Shown here piece after piece: positions 60,752 to 64,000 of a DNA stretch of 64,000 nucleotides. The translations under genes and the position numbers were made by a program. Within the stretch, counting starts at the first letter, position 1. Each line of letters begins with the position of its first letter. The notes beneath the pieces were generated by a model that was given only the letters and a program-made list of their open reading frames with translations, was not told where the DNA came from and did not search any database. The DNA comes from Halocafeteria seosinensis (lineage: Eukaryota): NCBI GenBank assembly GCA_001687465.1, contig LVLI01000277.1:1-64000 (forward strand), written 5' to 3'.

Positions 60752-61063
60752 GGTTTGGATTACGAGCAGAACAAGAGGCTCTCAGGGACAATTCCAGAGA
60801 GTGAGGGGTGAATGAACAACTTCAATCAGGATACATGTCCGCCACGCGCACTGCGGCGCACACTTCTGGGAGCGTGCCTTGGCCCTTCTGGAAGCGTGCC
60901 TGGGCCCTTGGGCAGCACTGTAGGCAGTGTATACGATGAATGCTACTGGGTTGATTACGAAAAAAAGTTTCAGCTTTACACTTGTCGAATAGATTGGGCT
61001 TGTGTCTGGAGTGATAAAGATACCCATTTTTGTTGTGTCGAACACGATTTGCAAAGGAAGAAG

Positions 61064-61838
61064 ATGGCTCTCTCGAATGCATTGGGGCAATTGTTCCGTC
61101 TTTCGGGGCAAAATGCACGCACTGCTGGATCACAGCAAGTGGCTGCATTGAGCAACGCTGTGACTAAATTTGAACTGCCGGATATGCCCTACGATTATGG
61201 GGCCTTGGAACCCCATATCTCGGGTGAAATTATGGAGCTTCATCACGACAGGCATCATCGCACTTACGTCAACAATCTCAATGCCGCGCTGGACCAATAC
61301 GAAACTGCTGAAAAACAAGGGGATCTTTCGAAAATGATCGAGCTCCAGAATGCTATCAAGTTTAATGGCGGTGGCCACCTCAACCATTCCATCTTCTGGC
61401 AAAATCTCTCTCCCAATGGTGGCGGTGAACCCAAGGGAGACCTGGCTAAACGAATCAATCAGCAATGGGGTAGCTTTGAGGTATGTATTTCATATACATG
61501 CTCATACGTTTGGGTAGCTTCAACCGCTTAACACAAGAATGATGTGTTATTCTGCGCAGACCTTCAAGAACGAGTTTAACACGAAGTCCACTTCTGTCCA
61601 AGGATCAGGGTGGTGCTGGCTTGGATACAACCAACAGAAAGATCGTCTTGAGATTGCTCAATGTCAGAACCAAGATCCTCTGGCTATGTATGGCTTGGTC
61701 CCCCTAATGGGTTTCGATATGTGGGAGCATGCGTTCTATCTTCAGTTCAAGAACAAGAAAGCTGAGTACGTCCAGCATTTGTGGAATGTAATCAACTTTG
61801 ACGACGTCGAACAGAGATTGCGAAACGCCCAATCCTAA
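61064..61838 (+). CDS. SOD2: Mitochondrial manganese superoxide dismutase; intron 61481-61559
   Basis: Transit peptide, [48 protein letters not shown]. Confidence 0.95.
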
Positions 61839-61912
61839 AACCGGTACTTTGGGCCCTTATTCCATAAACCAATATCACATTAAACTTCACCGGCTCCTTA
61901 TTAATGGAGTCC

Positions 61913-62487
61913 TTAATCTAGATCCTGCATGTCGGAATTGCCTGCTGATGTCATAACTGGTTCCTCGGCTTCACGACCGTCAATGTTTGCTATCGGCACA
62001 AAATTTGGTCGAAACTGGTGGGTATCCCAAGATCTGTAAAAAGAACACGGGTACACATGTTTCTCCTTGAAAGTGATGAGCGCCCTCGCCTATACCACTA
62101 CACACCTCTCAGGTACATCTCTAGCTCGTTTGACAGCCGGTTTGAACGAGCCCACAAACAACACTAGTCCCACTATACCGAATATAAGGAAGAGACATGT
62201 CTCTATCCAGACCTGAAGCATGATCATAAATTAGCAAATACAAGAGCAAAAAAGTCACCCCAAAAAGCACTCACATCGCGGGGTAGAGGGACATCGTGTA
62301 CTCCGTATAATTCATCCACTAGATGCTGATCTGCAATACTCGCGAGTTCATATATTCCATATGGTAATGCTGCACATATATAGCGTCCTTATAACGTACA
62401 ATGTAGAGAACTGAAGAGTGTATGGAGGAGCAAAATACAGGAGACTCCTATGCAGAGGTGCCCCAGAGACTTCCGTCCACCTGCCAT
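61913..62487 (-). CDS. EMC5: ER membrane protein complex subunit 5 / MMgT family (4 short exons; missed by the ORF track)
   Basis: Spliced product MAGGRKSLGHLCIGVSCILLLHTLFSSLHYQHLVDELYGVHDVPLPRDVWIETCLFLIFGIVGLVLFVGSFKPAVKRARDVPERSWDTHQFRPNFVPIAN..; two TMs, LPxD and RPNF motifs. Confidence 0.72.
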
Positions 62488-62620
62488 TCTATTATATCGA
62501 CTGTATTGTTGGTCTTAAAGTATTACCGGGACAACAACAACACACGTATACACAGATGTATGAGTTTGGAACACTTTTGCAATGGGATAAATTAACAAAT
62601 CGAGTGTTTTCTGCCTGAGA

Positions 62621-63353
62621 ATGCCTCGCCATAGGAAGCACCATCGAGATGATGGCGATGACGATGAACGAGCTCATAAGCACAGTTCATCCTCCTCCAA
62701 GAAGAGATCCAGTCGCCATTCAAGCAAAAAGAAGAAAAGATCAAGATCGAAATCTGAATCTTCCTCGGACAGAAGCCGAAGTCCAAGCCATGAGAGATCC
62801 AAAAAGTCTTCCAGACGCGGAGAGGAGAATAAAAACAAGCAAAAGAAGAAATCGAAGAGCAGTCACAGTACAAGTAGATCTAGAAAAGAGCGATCGACAA
62901 TAGAGGGTGAAGGAGAAAGCTCAGAAGCGACTGCCCCTAAAGATGTTTCCCCGATAAGCAGAGATGATTACTTCCTCAAGAATCCAGAGTTCAGAGTCTG
63001 GCTAAAGAAGGCCAAGTAGGTACTACATAGGTTGGCACAAACACTGGCAACTTCATTAAACTAATATGGTGCACTGCAGGGACATTGTCTTTGACGATCT
63101 GGACGCAGCCGAAGCTCGAGAATACTTCCAAACATTTGTCGAGAAATGGAACACTGGAAAATTGCCTAACAGATACTACAGTGGATCCGTTGACGCTGCT
63201 TTTGAAAAGGAGAATCGTACACGACATCAGTGGAACTTTGCAAAAAAACTCACTGAAGATGAGAAGCTAAAGCTGGATTCTACAAAAGACAGTGTGTTCA
63301 GCTCCACGCGGCGTAGCGACGAACTGCAGAAAGCAGAGCTCGCGGGGGAATAG
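62621..63353 (+). CDS. SCI1-like protein with Ser/Arg/Lys-rich N-terminus; intron 63017-63079
   Basis: ISRDDYFLKNPEFRVWLK..FDDL..AREYFQTFVEKWNTGKL..YYSG..RTRHQWNF resembles plant style cell-cycle inhibitor 1 family. Confidence 0.7.
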
Positions 63354-63399
63354 CCTTAAAGAGAAGATTTCCCTTGAAAGAAAATATAGCCTATGGTCC

Positions 63400-63400
<1 letters not shown>

Positions 63401-63461
<61 letters not shown>

Positions 63462-63463
63462 NN
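63401..63463. repeat. (AC)24(AT)n microsatellite abutting an NN assembly gap
   Basis: Directly visible; NN at 63462-63463. Confidence 0.97.
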
Positions 63464-63674
63464 CACACATATGTGACAGATGGTCCACCGGCCGGGGAGT
63501 TGAACGTCTCCTCTTAATGAGGAGCGGTATGCACCCGTGTTAAGCAGCGACGGGCCCGCTGTTTCTGCAGCCTTGCTGACATGCGCCGTGAGGGAACACA
63601 ACACTGGTTTTGCTCAGGAGGCATCGGAGGAGAAGCCATGCCTGCGCCAACGACGTCAGGGGTACCGTCAAGGC

Positions 63675-64000
63675 TCAGTCTGGAAGGAAAAGGCCCTGAG
63701 CCTGCCACAGGGACGCCAGGACCGGTTGCAGCAGCGCAGGCAGGATTAAGTGTTGGTCCAGACGCAACAGTTGTGACCAATGACAAGCCACCACCTGACG
63801 CGGGAGGTGGCTTCTGTCCACCCCAGTTTCGTCAACATAGCCCAGATTGAAGTACATCTCCTGCTCGAGGTCGAAGAAGGTGCGGCTTCCCAGGTCCTTC
63901 TGAAGCCACGAAACCGGTTCCCACGTCTGTGCTGCCTCTGGGTAGCCCTTCCAGTTAACTACCCGACTACCGGTACCCACACTGAGGACAGAAATTCAGC
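63675..64000 (-). other. Chromodomain-encoding fragment, possibly transposon-derived, truncated by window edge
   Basis: VNWKGYPEAAQTWEP chromodomain motif; sequence after the gap is visibly more GC-rich. Confidence 0.55.

Noticed and set aside
60812..61063. N-terminal extension of the SOD ORF
   Set aside because: ATG at 61064 begins a typical mitochondrial transit peptide; upstream in-frame sequence is probably UTR/promoter
1..64000. Prokaryotic defence systems, CRISPR arrays, rRNA or tRNA genes
   Set aside because: Sequence is eukaryotic with spliceosomal introns and no such signatures were seen by eye

Overview
Gene-dense eukaryotic DNA from a flagellated protist (stramenopile-like by protein resemblance, not provable here). 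It has about 27 protein-coding genes with short (about 55-120 nt) spliceosomal introns, and convergent gene pairs whose stop codons lie only 4-30 nt apart. Recognisable genes include a class 3 lipase, an EF-hand protein, condensin II G2, ECO1/ESCO, a PPEF phosphatase, PSTK, an R3H-DExH helicase, an INPP5E-like 5-phosphatase, a NOL-like SDR, two glutathione peroxidases, HOP2, MNS1, MTHFS, IPK1, a cNMP-binding protein, a FYVE-ankyrin protein, SOSS-B, MnSOD, EMC5 and an SCI1-like gene. The most striking items are three unusual domain fusions: (1) an extracellular Venus-flytrap (class C GPCR/GLR-type) ligand-binding domain fused in a single exon to an NHE-type Na+/H+ exchanger; (2) a membrane-anchored protein with six SKICH/Ig-like repeats and a WASP/WAVE-like VCA tail; (3) a CAP-Gly domain fused to a PPEF phosphatase. 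The 54.8-59.5 kb accessory segment holds a putative MITE and a tandemly duplicated 2OG-Fe(II) oxygenase with one pseudogenised copy. The right end has a (CA)n repeat, an NN gap and a chromodomain fragment. No rRNA, tRNA or CRISPR array was seen. All family assignments come from motif recognition by eye, with no database search.
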